From assembly GCA_964035545.1 (NCBI GenBank), contig OZ037766.1, positions 4,020,722-4,084,721 on the forward strand: a DNA stretch of 64,000 nucleotides. Reading direction: 5' to 3'. Source of the stretch: Bugula neritina. Lineage: Eukaryota; Animalia; Bryozoa. Positions within the stretch are counted from its first letter, which is position 1. Every line of letters begins with the position of its first letter. Made by a program: the position numbers and the translations under genes. The notes beneath the pieces were generated by a model. It made no database searches and had not been told where the DNA came from. It was given only the letters and a program-made list of their open reading frames with translations. Of this stretch, positions 61,801 to 64,000 are shown piece by piece.

Positions 61801-63606
61801 AACAAGCCGTCTCGGATCTTCTCAGCCTTCTCGCGTATTACAGACAACTCAGCATCTCCCAGCGGAATCCGCTTCAACAAATTAACCAACTCACTCTCCT
61901 GGTTCGCTATCTTTACCTGCAAAACACGCCGCATGATAGATGATAGACAATTCTAAAAAGAGATATTCCTCAAAATGGCAAACTTCAACCTAGTCAAAAC
62001 TCCAGTTACCAACACTTCATTCTACCAAATACAAGCTCACTTCTAGGGCTTTGCTAGGGGCGGGCTCGCGCCGTATCTCTAAGCCATACATTCCTATTTT
62101 GAAAGCCAGGTGATGATAGTTTACATTGTCGGTCAGCACAGTGCACATGAACGCTGCCTTCGCTGGAGGGGTTTGACTGAAGTTGGTGTTGAGTGACCCC
62201 TGCGACTGTCTTTTCCCTGCAAAAGAGAAGCAATACTTAGCCGTCTACATGTCAACCTCTACTAATATCTGTAATAAGTTCTAAGTTGGTAAACTTTTAG
62301 ATAACTGCAATGGTAAAATTATGGGAGGCCTTCGCTGAACCCATTGTATGTACCTGTGTTCCCTGCAATATGTTCCCCCTCCTCTCCCATCATGTTGAGA
62401 GCCAGTTTGGATGCCAGTTCACAGGCTTGTTTACTGTGACCATGAGCGTACAGGGCCTCTGCTCTCGCAAACAGTATCTAAAATCATTTAACAACTCAAC
62501 AACATATGTCCATTTAAAGTGGATTCTGAACTCACACTTTCAGCATTTATTAAATAAACTAAAATATCAATTTATACAATACAAAGTACACACATCTAGC
62601 ATTTTACACGCCAACTGACCTCTTTCTTATCTTCAAGCTGCCGTATACCAGCGAAATAGTTTGGTTCGTCTATGCTGCCGTCTAGGTTAGTCAGAGAAGG
62701 CAGGTTAACTCGGAGGAGACTGGCGTCGTACTGGTAGAGAGTTTGCAGATCCTCGCCGGCACCGTCTTCCAGTGCAGAAGCAGCACCTTCTGCTGCCGGG
62801 GAGATGGGTGCTGCCGCAGCAGAGCCGTGATTGGGAGAGAAACTTTCATTGTGTATGGTGGGAGAGTTGCTGCACTCGGGACTGGTGGTTTGGGCACCGG
62901 CAGGAACGACAACTCCAACTCTGGGAGAAGTGTCGGCTGTGGAGAGTGCCGGCATCTCAAGGTCGCTGTCGTCATCGGCAGCCGCTTTGTTCAACTTTGA
63001 GAAAATATGACAAGTTTATTACTTCTAAACAAAGATGATAGGACAGCAGAATATACAGCAAGCGTACAGAATGCCTGGTGTCATTACAATTTATCATTCT
63101 TTCAAAAGTATTATAAATTATTGAATACTATCACGTGTGAAATTAAACCCGCTTATATCAAACTATTCATATTAGCATAATTTATACACAGCACAAGAAG
63201 TAGTTTCATAACGAAATCAATTGCTAACCGATAGAGAAAACTCACAAGTTCAGAGTGGAAATAACTCACGAGTTCAGAGTGGAGATAACTCACGATTCAG
63301 AGTGGAGATAACTTATGAGTTCAGAATGGAAGCAACTGATGAGTTTAAGAGTAGAAACAACTTACGAGTTTAGAGTGGAGGTAACTCACTCACCTTGATC
63401 CCTTCGTCACTGGAGTCAGAGTCCCTGTCCGTCCTCTCTGTCTCGGTGTGAACTCTCCTTGAAGGTCTTCTCGGCTCCTGGTCACAGAAACCTTCCGAGC
63501 CGGAGCTGTCATCCTGACGTCCACCTGCTGCTGCCTGTAGTGCGGCAGCGGCTGGAAGTCGTAAACTGGCTTCATCTGCTGCAAAGGAGTACTTGCTGCC
63601 ATCAAC
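55815..63606 (-). CDS. ZSWIM8: ZSWIM8 (EBAX-1/Dora) Cullin-RING substrate adaptor, 3' multi-exon part; the gene continues beyond the window end
   Basis: PNQPSEALAHFLFELAKTLL.KAGG, LHLCSFQIALYALG.NNCVSKNWLSRTYSSHVSWITG, WEGHLTPTEVASL.DRASR, VSPEVLFDVA, DYDEFVSI, LRRNKSCKKELWQR; stop at 55817-55815; last visible exon 63606-63394. Confidence 0.93.
56405..56633. repeat. 21-bp minisatellite, about 11 copies, in a ZSWIM8 intron
   Basis: Unit AGCATATAACTTACATATACC and variants. Confidence 0.95.
63238..63393. repeat. About 24-bp minisatellite, 6-7 copies, starting at a ZSWIM8 splice donor
   Basis: Unit AACTCACGAGTTCAGAGTGGAGAT and variants. Confidence 0.9.
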
Positions 63607-63925
63607 CTGTAACAGATGCTGTGATGTTACCTGGTGGAATGCACAGTGGGGGGGGGAAAGATGGAGACCAGATATTGATTAATGAATGGTAAATAAAACT
63701 TCACTTTCAATGTATTTTCGTTAACTTTACATTAGTTTTGAGTGTCACAAAAAACTTTTTTCTTGTTTCATAAACATTCTTAGTTTACAATAACAGCAGG
63801 AATAGCAGCTAATAATATGTTTTATAGCATAAAAAACTATATTGATACTATAGCAGAGAAAACTCTGAATAAAAAGTAATCTGATACAATATGATATACC
63901 TTTTCTCTTTACCAAATAACATCAC

Positions 63926-64000
63926 CTTACTTTATAGTTGGTAATAATATGACCTCACTTACTTTATAGTTAGTAATAATACGACCTCACTTACTATATA
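63926..64000. repeat. 32-bp tandem repeat, at least 2.3 copies, cut by the window end
   Basis: CTTACTTTATAGTT(G/A)GTAATAATA(T/C)GACCTCA. Confidence 0.85.

Noticed and set aside
63390-63605. ORF MMAASTPLQQ...
   Set aside because: Shadow frame; splice phase requires the frame VDGSKYSF...SDEGIK for this ZSWIM8 exon.

Overview
AT-rich, intron-containing animal (invertebrate-type) genomic DNA. Spliced genes were rebuilt by hand from GT-AG sites and reading phase. In order: the 5' part of an Unc-4/Uncx homeobox gene (-), a 7-exon orphan coiled-coil gene (+), GET4 (-), a B-type lamin ending in CaaX (+; head-to-head with GET4), SURF6 (-), a divergent LAMTOR3 (+) with a decayed Tc1 transposon in an intron, a Ly6/quiver-like GPI-anchored three-finger gene (+), and the 3' part of ZSWIM8 (-). 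The standout is a U2 snRNA gene split inside its branch-point-recognition region by a 4.8-kb, two-ORF Tx1-clade non-LTR retrotransposon (Keno-like). This copy has several unusual features: extra U2 target-site copies at its 5' end, an AUG-free leader running from U2 +1, a TAATG stop-start junction, an apparent in-frame deletion after the RT domain, no poly(A) tail, and a 3'-terminal 13-bp stem that buries its AATAAA. Together these suggest it may use the snRNA promoter and 3'-processing machinery (inference). Other observations: modular SINEs, MITEs, promoter-proximal TAC/TAG/TAA low-complexity fields, splice-donor-bearing intronic tandem repeats and perfect palindromes. All family assignments come from motif recognition; no searches were run.
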